Of a DNA stretch of 64,000 nucleotides, positions 9,339-18,584 are shown in pieces. How positions within the stretch are numbered: position 1 is the stretch's first letter; each line of letters opens with the position of its first letter. The DNA lies in NCBI GenBank assembly GCA_030603365.1, contig JAUVXV010000002.1:32001-96000 (forward strand). Direction: 5' to 3'. The stretch is from Candidatus Heimdallarchaeota archaeon. Its GTDB lineage: Archaea > Asgardarchaeota > Heimdallarchaeia > Heimdallarchaeales > Heimdallarchaeaceae. The position numbers and the translations under genes are program-made. The notes under the pieces were generated by a model. That model was not told where the DNA came from. It saw only the letters and a list, made by a program, of their open reading frames with translations, and searched no databases.

Positions 9339-11366
9339 ATGAAAAAGAAAAAAATGAAACTATCTATGAGCTTAAGTGTTCTCATTATTGGTTTTTTAAT
9401 AACTACTTCTATGCTTAATGTAGTTAACACAAAAGCTCTAGTAGAGGAAAAACATGATCAGTACAACACAGATTACTTTGATAGATCTACTTGGAAATGG
9501 TCCATCACAGAAGTCATTTCCACAGAAAGTACAGGTGAGTCTCTCAACCCTTCTCTTGCTGTCGATTCTGCAGGGAATGTACATGTAGCTTGGGAAAGTG
9601 TTGATGTAGGAGGAACATTGAGTGACCACAAAATTTCCTACAAGCGTTGGGATGCTTTTTCACAGTCTTGGACGACAACAGAATTAGTTTCTACTGAAAG
9701 TACATATGGCTCTTTTTTTCCTTCGCTTGCTGTCGATTCTACTTGTACTGTCCACATAGCGTGGGAAGATTGGACTGATTATGCGGGGAGTGGAACAGAT
9801 TATGATGTCTTCTACAAACGATTGGACGCTTTTACCTCCTCTTGGACCAGCACAGAAGTAGTTTCAACAGAAAGTACTAGTACTTCTTGGTATCCTTCTC
9901 TTGCTACTGATTCTGCAGGGAATGTACACATAGCGTGGGAAGATTATTCTGATTATGCTGGGGCTGGAACAGATATCGATGTTTTCTATAAACGCTGGGA
10001 TGATTCTACCTCCTCATGGAGCACTACAGAAGTCATTTCCACAGAAAGTACAGGAACTTCTAGTGTTCCTTCTCTTGCTGTAGATACTGTAGGGAATGTA
10101 CACATAGCGTGGCCAGATCTGACTAATTATGCTGGGAGTGGAACAGATAGGGATATCTTCTATAAACGCTGGGATGCTTCTGCTTCCTTATGGATCACTA
10201 CTGAAGTCGTTTCCACAGAAAGTACAGGAAATTCTGGGAATCCTTCACTTGCTGTGGATGCTAAAGGGAATGTACACATAGCGTGGCGAGATTGGACTGA
10301 TTATCTTAGTTCTGGAACTGATATCGATGTTTTCTATAAACGCTGGGACTCTTCAACTTCCTCATGGACTACGACAGAAGTCGTTTCCACAGAAAGTACA
10401 GGAACTTCTTATATTCCTTCTCTTGCTGTAGATACTGTAGGGTATGTACACATAGCATGGCATGATCTGACTGATTATGCAGGAGCAGGACCAGGCGAGG
10501 ATATTTTCTACAAACGCTGGGACTTTTCTACCTACTTACGAACCACCACAGAAGTCGTTTCCACAGAAAGTTCAGATGAGTCTCTCAACCCTTCTCTTGC
10601 TGTAGATACTGCTGGGAATGTGCATATAGCTTGGTATGATTTTACTGATTATTCTGGGAGTGGATGGGAATATGATATTTTCTATAAACAATTCGCAGGT
10701 CCTCCTGCAGCTCCTGAATTAGCTTTTATTGCCCCTAATCCAACTAAACTCACTACTATCTATCTAGACTGGAATAATGTACTTAGGGCAACCTTTTACC
10801 ATGTTTATCGCTCCACCTCTTACATCTGGTCTGTGGAAGGACTCATCCCCCTTACTGGTGTCTCTTCTAGTGATTATGTTGATAATGTACCAATTGAAGG
10901 ATTCTATTACTACGTTATTGTAGCAGAGAACTTTGTAGGGAATAGTACTCATTCCAATTGTCAATATGTCGAAGTTGTTTTTCCTGACCTTGAAGCTCCT
11001 GAATTAGCTCCTATTCTACCCAATCCTACGGATTCAAGTAGTATTTCTTTAGTATGGGATAGTATTGATGGGGCAATAGAATATTATGTCTTCCGATCTG
11101 CTTCATACATTTGGTCAGTTGAAGGATTAATCCCCCTAACTACTGTGGTTACAGCTTCCTATATCGACTCTCTTCCCAATGAAGGATACTACTTCTATGT
11201 GATCGTAGCTAATGACGGTGCAAGAAACAGCACTCATTCAAATTGTGAATATATTGAGTATAAAACTGTTCATGTACGGGAATTTACCATAGCTTCACTG
11301 ATACTAGGTGTGTTTGTTATCTCACTTGTAATCTTGAAAACTCGTAAAAAAAGTAAACTGTACTAG
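9339..11366 (+). CDS. surface protein: 7 tandem ~57-aa repeats (probable 7-bladed beta-propeller) + 2 FN3-like domains + VREF-TM-basic anchor
   Basis: Seven TEVVSTES..S..PSLAVD..GNVHIAW.D repeats; two APELA.I.PNP...W...YHVYRS FN3-like units; signal peptide. Confidence 0.85.
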   Translation: MKKKKMKLSMSLSVLIIGFLITTSMLNVVNTKALVEEKHDQYNTDYFDRSTWKWSITEVISTESTGESLNPSLAVDSAGNVHVAWESVDVGGTLSDHKISYKRWDAFSQSWTTTELVSTESTYGSFFPSLAVDSTCTVHIAWEDWTDYAGSGTDYDVFYKRLDAFTSSWTSTEVVSTESTSTSWYPSLATDSAGNVHIAWEDYSDYAGAGTDIDVFYKRWDDSTSSWSTTEVISTESTGTSSVPSLAVDTVGNVHIAWPDLTNYAGSGTDRDIFYKRWDASASLWITTEVVSTESTGNSGNPSLAVDAKGNVHIAWRDWTDYLSSGTDIDVFYKRWDSSTSSWTTTEVVSTESTGTSYIPSLAVDTVGYVHIAWHDLTDYAGAGPGEDIFYKRWDFSTYLRTTTEVVSTESSDESLNPSLAVDTAGNVHIAWYDFTDYSGSGWEYDIFYKQFAGPPAAPELAFIAPNPTKLTTIYLDWNNVLRATFYHVYRSTSYIWSVEGLIPLTGVSSSDYVDNVPIEGFYYYVIVAENFVGNSTHSNCQYVEVVFPDLEAPELAPILPNPTDSSSISLVWDSIDGAIEYYVFRSASYIWSVEGLIPLTTVVTASYIDSLPNEGYYFYVIVANDGARNSTHSNCEYIEYKTVHVREFTIASLILGVFVISLVILKTRKKSKLY

Positions 11367-11517
11367 TTCTTACTAGTTCTTCTTTTTTTTTCCTTTAGAT
11401 CATCCTAAAGATGTTGAAAAAAAGGAACTGTCTAATGTTATTTTATAAAAATCGCATCCAAATGATCAAGTGTTATCAGAGATAAAGTTCAAATAGGATT
11501 TTACTAATAGTAAATAG

Positions 11518-11913
11518 GTGTTATCTGTGAATAGAGCTCAAATTGAGAACACTATAGAAAAAATTGTAGTAGTTGCTCAAAAAGATGATTCAATAACTGG
11601 AATCATTTTATATGGTTCCTACAATCAGAATGAATATTTTGAAGACATTGATATAGCTCTAGCTTTCCAAGAAGATACTCCAAAACAAATGATGTTCTCC
11701 AAACGAATCGATTTTTCCAGTAAGTTTCCTGATTTTTTTGATTTTCAAGTTTTAAATTTGCTCCCTCTTGCAGTTCAAAAGGAAGTTCTAGAAGGAAGAG
11801 TTCTTTATGAAACCAGACCTATTTACGACTTAGCTTATCAAATTATACTTGAATTTGAGGATTTTGAGAAATATAGGACCCAGTATGTGAAAGGTGTAAT
11901 GTTTGAAAGTTGA
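11518..11913 (+). CDS. mntA: minimal nucleotidyltransferase (MNT) antitoxin
   Basis: LYGS...EDIDIA motif; overlaps the downstream HEPN gene. Confidence 0.82.
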   Translation: MLSVNRAQIENTIEKIVVVAQKDDSITGIILYGSYNQNEYFEDIDIALAFQEDTPKQMMFSKRIDFSSKFPDFFDFQVLNLLPLAVQKEVLEGRVLYETRPIYDLAYQIILEFEDFEKYRTQYVKGVMFES

Positions 11914-12328
11914 GCATATCATAGCCAAATTCGATCAAATTAGAGAAAATATTCAATTAATCGAAGAAAATTTATCTAAAAGTTATGTCGAATTTGAGAA
12001 ACTAGGTATTGTTAAAGATGGCATTTACAAAAGATATGAATATAGTATTGAACTAGTAATCGATATAATATCTTTGATTAATGCAGAATTAAAATTAGGT
12101 ATTCCTAATGGAACTAGTGACATAATAAATCAACTTCTCAAAAATGAAATTTTAGATGAGGGATTAGCAGATATTATTAGAGGAATGAAAGGTTTTCGAA
12201 ATATCCTTGTTCATAGATATGGGAAACTTGATGACAAACTTGCGTATAAGATTATTGTAGAGAATCTATCAGATTTTCAACTATTAGAAAATCAAATAAT
12301 GACTGTGCTTAAAAGAATGCAGAAATAA
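11903..12328 (+). CDS. hepT: HEPN (DUF86) RNase toxin
   Basis: GFRNILVHRY (RX4HXY) motif. Confidence 0.88.
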   Translation: MKVEHIIAKFDQIRENIQLIEENLSKSYVEFEKLGIVKDGIYKRYEYSIELVIDIISLINAELKLGIPNGTSDIINQLLKNEILDEGLADIIRGMKGFRNILVHRYGKLDDKLAYKIIVENLSDFQLLENQIMTVLKRMQK

Positions 12329-12379
12329 AAGAATTTCAGGTTTTTTGTAAAATTTGTATGGTAATTTAAATAAAATACT

Positions 12380-12762
12380 TTGAAGCTCCTGAATTATCTC
12401 CTTTTTTACCCAATCCTATAGAATCAGACTGTATCTCTTTAGTCTGGGACAATATTGATGGAGCAATAGAATATTATGTCTACAGGTCTGCTTCGTATAT
12501 TTGGTCAGTTGAAGGATTAATCCCCCTAACTACTGTGGTTACAGCTTCCTATATCGACTCTCTTCCCAATGAAGGATACTACTTCTATGTGATCGTAGCT
12601 AATGACGGTGCAAGAAACAGTACTCATTCCAATTGCGAATATATTGAGTACAAAACAGCTCATGTCCGGGAATTTACCCTAGTTTCTGGTTTGATACTTG
12701 GTGCCTTTGCTTTAGTGTTTGTAGTTACTAGAATACGCAAGAAAAAGTCTAATCCGAACTAG
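12380..12762 (+). pseudogene. orphan 3' end (B) of the 9339..11366 surface-protein family (last FN3 + anchor)
   Basis: Aligns with 10990..11366 at offset 1390; open frame EAPELSPFLPNP...VREFTLVSGLILGAFALVFVVTRIRKKKSNPN*, with no start codon at its 5' boundary and no signal peptide. Confidence 0.9.
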
Positions 12763-12809
12763 TTTTTACTAGTTCTTGCTTTTTTGTTTTTTTTACCTTC
12801 AGATATGTT

Positions 12810-12839
12810 AACAATATCTTGAAACAATAAGAAGACTAA
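12810..12839 (+). pseudogene. displaced, decayed 3' end of the ALDH gene
   Basis: Translates NNILKQ*ED* versus NNILKPKEY* of 6581..8047. Confidence 0.65.
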
Positions 12840-12870
12840 CCGATATTTTTCTAATTTTTCTCCTACAATA

Positions 12871-12987
12871 TTATCTCCTTAGAACTTCACCTGGAAGTCT
12901 TTTATTTTGTTTTCCTTTTTCTACCACTATTTCTCCATTTACTATCACAAATTCTATTCCTTCTGAAACTTGATGAAGTTCTTCAAA
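12871..12987 (-). pseudogene. displaced 3' end of the D-aminoacylase gene
   Basis: FEELHQVSEGIEFVIVNGEIVVEKGKQNKRLPGEVLRR* versus FEEPHQFSEGIEYVIVNGEIVVEKGKQNTNMPGRVIKHV* (28/38 identical). Confidence 0.92.
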
Positions 12988-12989
12988 TC

Positions 12990-13892
12990 TTATTTTATAT
13001 TTCTGATGAGTCCTTCATTAGTGCTTTTCATCGTTTTCATAATGTTTGACAGTGTTTGAAGTAATTTAGATCTATTTTCCATCGTTATTATTAATTTCAA
13101 CATTTGATCTTGCGAAAATCCTCCTAGCGTACCATGTATTAATCCTCTTGATAATCGATAAACTGACTTACTTGTGATATTTGGATTTGTTCTATGTAAT
13201 GAAACAACAAACTCTTTCCAAGTTTTCTCATATTCTCTGGTTGTTTTCGTAATAGCTTCTATGATAAATTTGGAAAATAGATCTTTACTTTTCTTAGTTA
13301 AACGTTTTTTATTGATTCTACTTTTCATACGACCACGGAGAAACATTCCAGTTCCAGCTAGAGCAACTGTTAGAGAAACTCCTGCAATTATTATCCACAA
13401 ATAGTCATCAAGCCAAGTTCTAGGTTCAAGAGCGAAGAAAACTAACCAGTCTGACTCATATCCTTCTATTGTTGTTTGACCTCCTATCTCTCGATGTACA
13501 TTGAATCTGATTCTCATTTCTAGGTTCACTTTCTCCCAAGCAGGATCATATTCATAAGAAGAAATTGTGTTTAAAGTCTGACCTGTTTGTGTTAGATTTT
13601 CACTAATGATCTCAGTATTTGAGAAAAGAGCACCTAATCTATAATCTATTTCTAAATTGAAAATACATACAGCATCAGAGATAAGTTTAACCAGATTTAT
13701 TTCTATCTCAAACTCATTTGAACCATCTTTTGATTTAACAGAATCAATGTTTACTATAATATCAATAATGGTTTCATTATCAGTGTCGAATGTATGAGTC
13801 ATAGTTGCTCCAAAAACAGAAGTAGACAATGTTGAGATTGTTAGAAATGTGATTAAAATAGAAAAAAGTAGTTTTTTATCTCTAAATCTCAT
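12990..13892 (-). CDS. single-pass membrane protein with signal peptide and basic cytoplasmic domain
   Basis: Signal peptide, extracellular beta-rich domain, central TM, K/R-rich tail. Confidence 0.65.
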   Translation of the reverse strand: MRFRDKKLLFSILITFLTISTLSTSVFGATMTHTFDTDNETIIDIIVNIDSVKSKDGSNEFEIEINLVKLISDAVCIFNLEIDYRLGALFSNTEIISENLTQTGQTLNTISSYEYDPAWEKVNLEMRIRFNVHREIGGQTTIEGYESDWLVFFALEPRTWLDDYLWIIIAGVSLTVALAGTGMFLRGRMKSRINKKRLTKKSKDLFSKFIIEAITKTTREYEKTWKEFVVSLHRTNPNITSKSVYRLSRGLIHGTLGGFSQDQMLKLIITMENRSKLLQTLSNIMKTMKSTNEGLIRNIK

Positions 13893-13962
13893 TACATAAC
13901 CAAGGTTTCTTTAGTAAAAAAACTTTCGTCCTTAGATTTAACAGCTTGTCAGATTATAACTC

Positions 13963-15591
13963 TTAAACATGTTTTATTACTCTACCTGGCATATTCGTAT
14001 TTTGTTTTCCTTTCTCTACTACTATCTCTCCGTTGACTATTACATACTCTATTCCTTCTGAGAACTGGTGTGGTTCTTCGAATGTTGCTTTATCATATAT
14101 TCTCTCATAATCAAAAATCGTGATATCAGCCCACATTCCTTCTCTAATCAACCCTCTATCAAACAGTCCTAGTTTCTGAGCAGATAAGCTTGTCATCTTC
14201 CTTACAGCTTCTTCAAGTGTTAACAAACCTTCTTCCTTGACATATTTTCTGATAATTCTTGGAAAAGTACCATAAAATCTAGGATGAGGTTTACCATAAG
14301 CCATGATTCCTTCAGGAGCTACTCCCCAACCATCGGTTCCTATTGAGGTATACTTGTTTTTCATTATTCTTCTGATATCTTCTTCACCCATGCTACTGAC
14401 AGTTATCCCTACTTCTCCTTCATTTTCTAGCAGCATATCAAAGATAGTATCTCTTGGATCAGCTTTCCCCTTGATTTTAGTTATTTCATCAACATTCTTT
14501 CCTTCTACATCCTTCCATTCATCTACTTTCACATCGGAGATAAAGATTTTATCAGGTCCTGTTTCTCTATACCAATCATCAAATCCTTCACTTTCATTAA
14601 CCATATCTATTTTGATTTTCTCCCTTAGTTCTTCTGAAGAGAGTCTTTTTAGTGTTTCATCTATCCCACCTTCCATAACCCACGGAGGTAGAAGCGCTGA
14701 CATAGAAGTAGCTCCGCGATTGTAGGGATATTGATCACAGGTTATATCCAAGCCTCTTGTATTTGCTTCTTCTACTAGTTTTAGTGATTCTATACTCTTC
14801 CCCCAATTTCCTTTCCCTGAAGCTTTGAAGTGAGCAATTTGTCCACCACGGCAACCTGATTTCTCAACAATTTCTATGAACTCTCTAACTGCATCAAGCA
14901 ATCCTGAACCTTCATTTCTGATATGAGAAAAATATAATCCTTGGTAATCTGCAACAATCTTTGCTAATTCAATTATCTCTTCAGTTTTTGAGTATACTTG
15001 AGGAGAATAAATTAAACCTGTACTCATCCCAAAAGCTCCTGCCTCCATTGCTTCTTTAGTGAGCTCTTGCATCTCATGTATTTCTATATCTGTTGGGATT
15101 CTGTCTTCATATCCTGGACCTGCAGCTATTCTAATAGGTCCGAAACCAACCAAAGGAACTATATTAGAAGAGATTTTTCCCTTTTCTACCTCTTCCAAAT
15201 ATTCCTTAAAAGTTCTCCATGTTATTTCGGCTGGTTTCACTCCAGGAGGAGCAACCATATCTAAATCTCGCTTAAAAATATCAAAGCCTTTCTCACTTAC
15301 AGGAGCCAGAGAATAACCACATTGACCAACAACTGATGTTGTAATTCCTTGCATAATTATTGACTGTAATTTGTTGTCATAAAGTATGCCTGTATCTGAA
15401 TGGCTGTGCATATCAATGAAACCAGGGCTAATTATTAGTCCGGAAGCATCAATTGTCCTTGTTGCTGAATCTTCTATTCTGTATTGTAATTTAACTATTT
15501 TACCATCTTTTACTGCAATATCTGATTTAAAACCTAAATTGCCAGTTCCATCAAATATTTTTCCATTTTTAATAAGAATATCAAAACTCAT
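13963..15591 (-). CDS. N-acyl-D-amino-acid deacylase (amidohydrolase superfamily)
   Basis: PGFIDMHSHSD, GQCG, STGLIY, HIRNE, HPRFYGTFPR, WADITIFD motifs. Confidence 0.92.
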   Translation of the reverse strand: MSFDILIKNGKIFDGTGNLGFKSDIAVKDGKIVKLQYRIEDSATRTIDASGLIISPGFIDMHSHSDTGILYDNKLQSIIMQGITTSVVGQCGYSLAPVSEKGFDIFKRDLDMVAPPGVKPAEITWRTFKEYLEEVEKGKISSNIVPLVGFGPIRIAAGPGYEDRIPTDIEIHEMQELTKEAMEAGAFGMSTGLIYSPQVYSKTEEIIELAKIVADYQGLYFSHIRNEGSGLLDAVREFIEIVEKSGCRGGQIAHFKASGKGNWGKSIESLKLVEEANTRGLDITCDQYPYNRGATSMSALLPPWVMEGGIDETLKRLSSEELREKIKIDMVNESEGFDDWYRETGPDKIFISDVKVDEWKDVEGKNVDEITKIKGKADPRDTIFDMLLENEGEVGITVSSMGEEDIRRIMKNKYTSIGTDGWGVAPEGIMAYGKPHPRFYGTFPRIIRKYVKEEGLLTLEEAVRKMTSLSAQKLGLFDRGLIREGMWADITIFDYERIYDKATFEEPHQFSEGIEYVIVNGEIVVEKGKQNTNMPGRVIKHV

Positions 15592-15635
15592 TTTACTCAG
15601 AATTTTTTTAAAGAAGATGTATTTAATGTTATGCT

Positions 15636-16289
15636 ATGGAAGAAGCTATAGATACTCCTTACTTATCTGAAGAAGTGGAATTAGATAAAACAGGACCCAT
15701 ACACATCCTCTTCCAATTGATGAAGATTACAGCATGGAGACGTTTTGCTCACCATCCGACTTGCAGTGTATATGAAAATCATTATTATAAAATTGGACGA
15801 GTTACTTTGTGTGTAGGATGCACAAGCCTCTATTCTTCAATCATCTTATCTATGATTTTCTTCTTTTCTTGTATGAACTTCTTCCGTTCGAATCCCTATA
15901 TCTTAGCTTTCACATTTATTATTGGTATTTTAGGTCCTTTCTTTCACTTTGCAATTAGACCTAAGAATAAATGGATTAAGACTATTTTCAGAGTTTCAGC
16001 TGGTATAGCTTTAGGTGCATATATTGGATTAGTCGTTTTAATCAATGTATGGTGGATTAGATTAATCATGCTCTCTTTCATTGTAGGGGGATTTTCGTTA
16101 TATGGGTTAATGCGAGGAAAACGAGCTAATCTGAGATATTGTGAAAGTTGTCACTTGCATTTTGCAGACCCTCCGTGTAACCCTCATAGAAACACTAATA
16201 TTAAGATTAAGAAAATAAATGACTTTGTTGCTGAGCAATTGAAAGAGAAAAAAGACAAGCGAAAAGATAGGAAAAATAAAATTAACTGA
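15636..16289 (+). CDS. Cys/His-containing membrane protein (DUF2085-like)
   Basis: HHPTC...H...LCVGC N-terminus, 4 TMs, CESC near the C-terminus. Confidence 0.55.
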   Translation: MEEAIDTPYLSEEVELDKTGPIHILFQLMKITAWRRFAHHPTCSVYENHYYKIGRVTLCVGCTSLYSSIILSMIFFFSCMNFFRSNPYILAFTFIIGILGPFFHFAIRPKNKWIKTIFRVSAGIALGAYIGLVVLINVWWIRLIMLSFIVGGFSLYGLMRGKRANLRYCESCHLHFADPPCNPHRNTNIKIKKINDFVAEQLKEKKDKRKDRKNKIN

Positions 16290-16698
16290 ATAAATCATAG
16301 AACCAATCAACTAAGGTTTCCCATAGATATTTGATGTAGGTTTGTATATCTAAACCTGAATCTCCAGGTTGAGCAGATGCATGAATATTACTGCCTCCAC
16401 ATGAGCAGCTATCACAGCTGTTACTACAAGCATTATTACAGCTGTTACTACATGCTTCATCGCATCCACAGTCACATGTACAACCACTACATGCTTGCTG
16501 ACACATTTGAGAAATGGAATAACCTATTGCGTAGATAATCCCCACAGCAATCAGACCTAGAACAATTAAACTACTAAATACTATTAGAATAATGATGATA
16601 ATTCTTCTTCTTCTCTTCTTTTTTAGTAATTCAGGATCTACAGGATCTATTGGATAAGGTTGATAATATTGTTCTTCAATTGGGGCTTTTTCGTCCAT
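16282..16698 (-). CDS. small single-TM protein with a Cys-rich domain
   Basis: KKKRRRR + TM + CQQACSGCTCDCGCDEACSNSCNNACSNSCDSCSC. Confidence 0.65.
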   Translation of the reverse strand: MDEKAPIEEQYYQPYPIDPVDPELLKKKRRRRIIIIILIVFSSLIVLGLIAVGIIYAIGYSISQMCQQACSGCTCDCGCDEACSNSCNNACSNSCDSCSCGGSNIHASAQPGDSGLDIQTYIKYLWETLVDWFYDLFS

Positions 16699-16805
16699 TA
16701 TTTTGAGTTAACAAAACTAGGTTAAAAATTTTCTTCTGCTTTTAAGTCATTTTGTGTATTATATTTACAGATAGACAATTAAATGTAAATTTGCAGGTCG
16801 ATTAG

Positions 16806-18584
16806 ATGAGCCAAACTGATAATACTTATAGTCAGATAATATTGGGAACGTTAGTTAAAGATAATACTCTGCTTGTTTTCCCTCATTATATTGACTTAAA
16901 CCCCATCCTTTCTCTCGTATTAAGATTTTTTAAAGAAAAAGAACCAGACAAAAAAATAGGGATTGTATTAGATAAATCAGAATCTTTGTCAATTTTCAAA
17001 GAATTCATTGATCACTACTCTACCCAAATCAATATTTCTCTCTTATCTTCCACTTTAGCACTTGAGAAAAGAAAACGAATGTATGATGAAGGAGAGATTC
17101 TTGTTGTTACTCCCCAATTATTACGAAATGATATACTTCGTCAGATGATATCTCCTGAATCTTTTGCTTTTTTATTTTTTGCTAATGCAGGACAGGTGAA
17201 AGGTAAACATGCCTCTGTTCAACTTATGGAGATATTCCAGAAAAATGCTCTATTTGTAAGAATTGCAGCTTTGGTTCAGGAGAGAATCAATTCTGTTGAA
17301 GATTTAACAGAAATATGTGAGAAATTACTTATCACTAAAATTGAGTATATTGAGGAAAAAGACCAAAAAGTCTCTTCTCTTTACAAAACCTTCGAAGAGA
17401 AAATTACTGTTCCAATTAACAAACCTATCTATGAATTTTGTTTTGAGATTAACAGATATATCCGTGAGTATCAGTCTTTCTTAGAAGACAAAGGAATAAA
17501 CAAACCCTTAGCTGTAAGAAAGGAATTTCCTGATTTTGTCATAAGTCTTCGAAAAGAGTATGATATAGATCAACAACAGATTCTTATTAGAAAAGCAATT
17601 GAACTTATGAATTTTGTAACTATCAAGGAGCTTGTTGAAGCGTCAGGACCCACTGCTGCCTTATCTTATATGGAGAGATTGAAGAAAAGAGAGGAAGATC
17701 AAGAAGAAGATAAGTTGAGTAGCTTGACAACTAAATTTGCTCGAACACCTATTTTTGATGAAATATTTTCGGAAATAAGAAAACTCTCTGAATTAACTCA
17801 ACATCCTAAACTGGAGAGATTAAAACAGCTGATTTTATCTGTTAAAAATAAAACCAATTTTAAGAGGTTCTACATAATTGCTAATCACAAATCTGTTTTC
17901 ACTGAAATAGCGGATTCTTTAGAGGAAATAGGATTAAAAGCTAAGAACTTACCAAAGAGCCGAACCAAGGAGAGACAAAAAGCTTTAGACATTTTCAAAG
18001 AAAAAGAAATTGATGTTCTCATAGCTTCTCATTTCATAAATACAGCGGCAGATGCTGTTATTTTCTATAATGTTCCAACCAAATTTCAAACATATCTAGA
18101 AAGCAAAAAATATTCTAAGAAAGTATTTCTCTTTATTACTCATAGATCTCAAGAAGAGAGAATTTATCATAAATTCCGTAATAGAGAAAAATCTATTGGC
18201 AAAATCATCAATCATACTAAAATTCAAGAAAGATTGATTCAGAATCAACAAATTATTTTTGAGAAATCTATTGAGAAGAAAATGAATTCTAGAACCAAAG
18301 CTTTCGTTAATCTCGCTAAATCTCTATCAAGAACCAGGGAAGGAAGAGCAGAAGAGTCCGAATATACTCAAACTAAGACTAGCGAAACAAGTGCAAAACA
18401 CATTCAGTTTCTTGCAGATTGTTCTTACGATGAAGCTAAACAAATTTCTTCATTATTGAAGGACAAGAATTTAGGGAATTTAGACAAATTGTCAATAGAT
18501 GAAATTGCAGAAATATTCCCTCGATCCAGAGCTATTGAAATAATCGAAAACATAGAAGGAAGGAAATATCTTGTATCAGGTTAA
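16806..18584 (+). CDS. Hef/FANCM-like SF2 helicase-fold protein with degenerate ATPase motifs
   Basis: NTLLV, VVTPQLLRND, HPKLERL, VIFYNVP segments match the Hef layout, but the Walker A position reads FPHYIDLN and the DEAH position reads ANAG; HhH-like C-terminus. Confidence 0.7.
   Translation: MSQTDNTYSQIILGTLVKDNTLLVFPHYIDLNPILSLVLRFFKEKEPDKKIGIVLDKSESLSIFKEFIDHYSTQINISLLSSTLALEKRKRMYDEGEILVVTPQLLRNDILRQMISPESFAFLFFANAGQVKGKHASVQLMEIFQKNALFVRIAALVQERINSVEDLTEICEKLLITKIEYIEEKDQKVSSLYKTFEEKITVPINKPIYEFCFEINRYIREYQSFLEDKGINKPLAVRKEFPDFVISLRKEYDIDQQQILIRKAIELMNFVTIKELVEASGPTAALSYMERLKKREEDQEEDKLSSLTTKFARTPIFDEIFSEIRKLSELTQHPKLERLKQLILSVKNKTNFKRFYIIANHKSVFTEIADSLEEIGLKAKNLPKSRTKERQKALDIFKEKEIDVLIASHFINTAADAVIFYNVPTKFQTYLESKKYSKKVFLFITHRSQEERIYHKFRNREKSIGKIINHTKIQERLIQNQQIIFEKSIEKKMNSRTKAFVNLAKSLSRTREGRAEESEYTQTKTSETSAKHIQFLADCSYDEAKQISSLLKDKNLGNLDKLSIDEIAEIFPRSRAIEIIENIEGRKYLVSG

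Noticed and set aside
9504-10700. Regularly spaced DNA repeats as a possible CRISPR array
   Set aside because: The ~171-bp period is in frame within one ORF; these are protein repeats, and no cas genes are present
12535-12762. 75-aa ORF as an independent gene
   Set aside because: Internal GTG within a longer orphan fragment starting at about 12380; no signal peptide
14303-15670. Several + strand ORFs over the D-aminoacylase (likewise other short antisense ORFs in the track)
   Set aside because: Antisense shadows of well-supported genes with no motifs of their own
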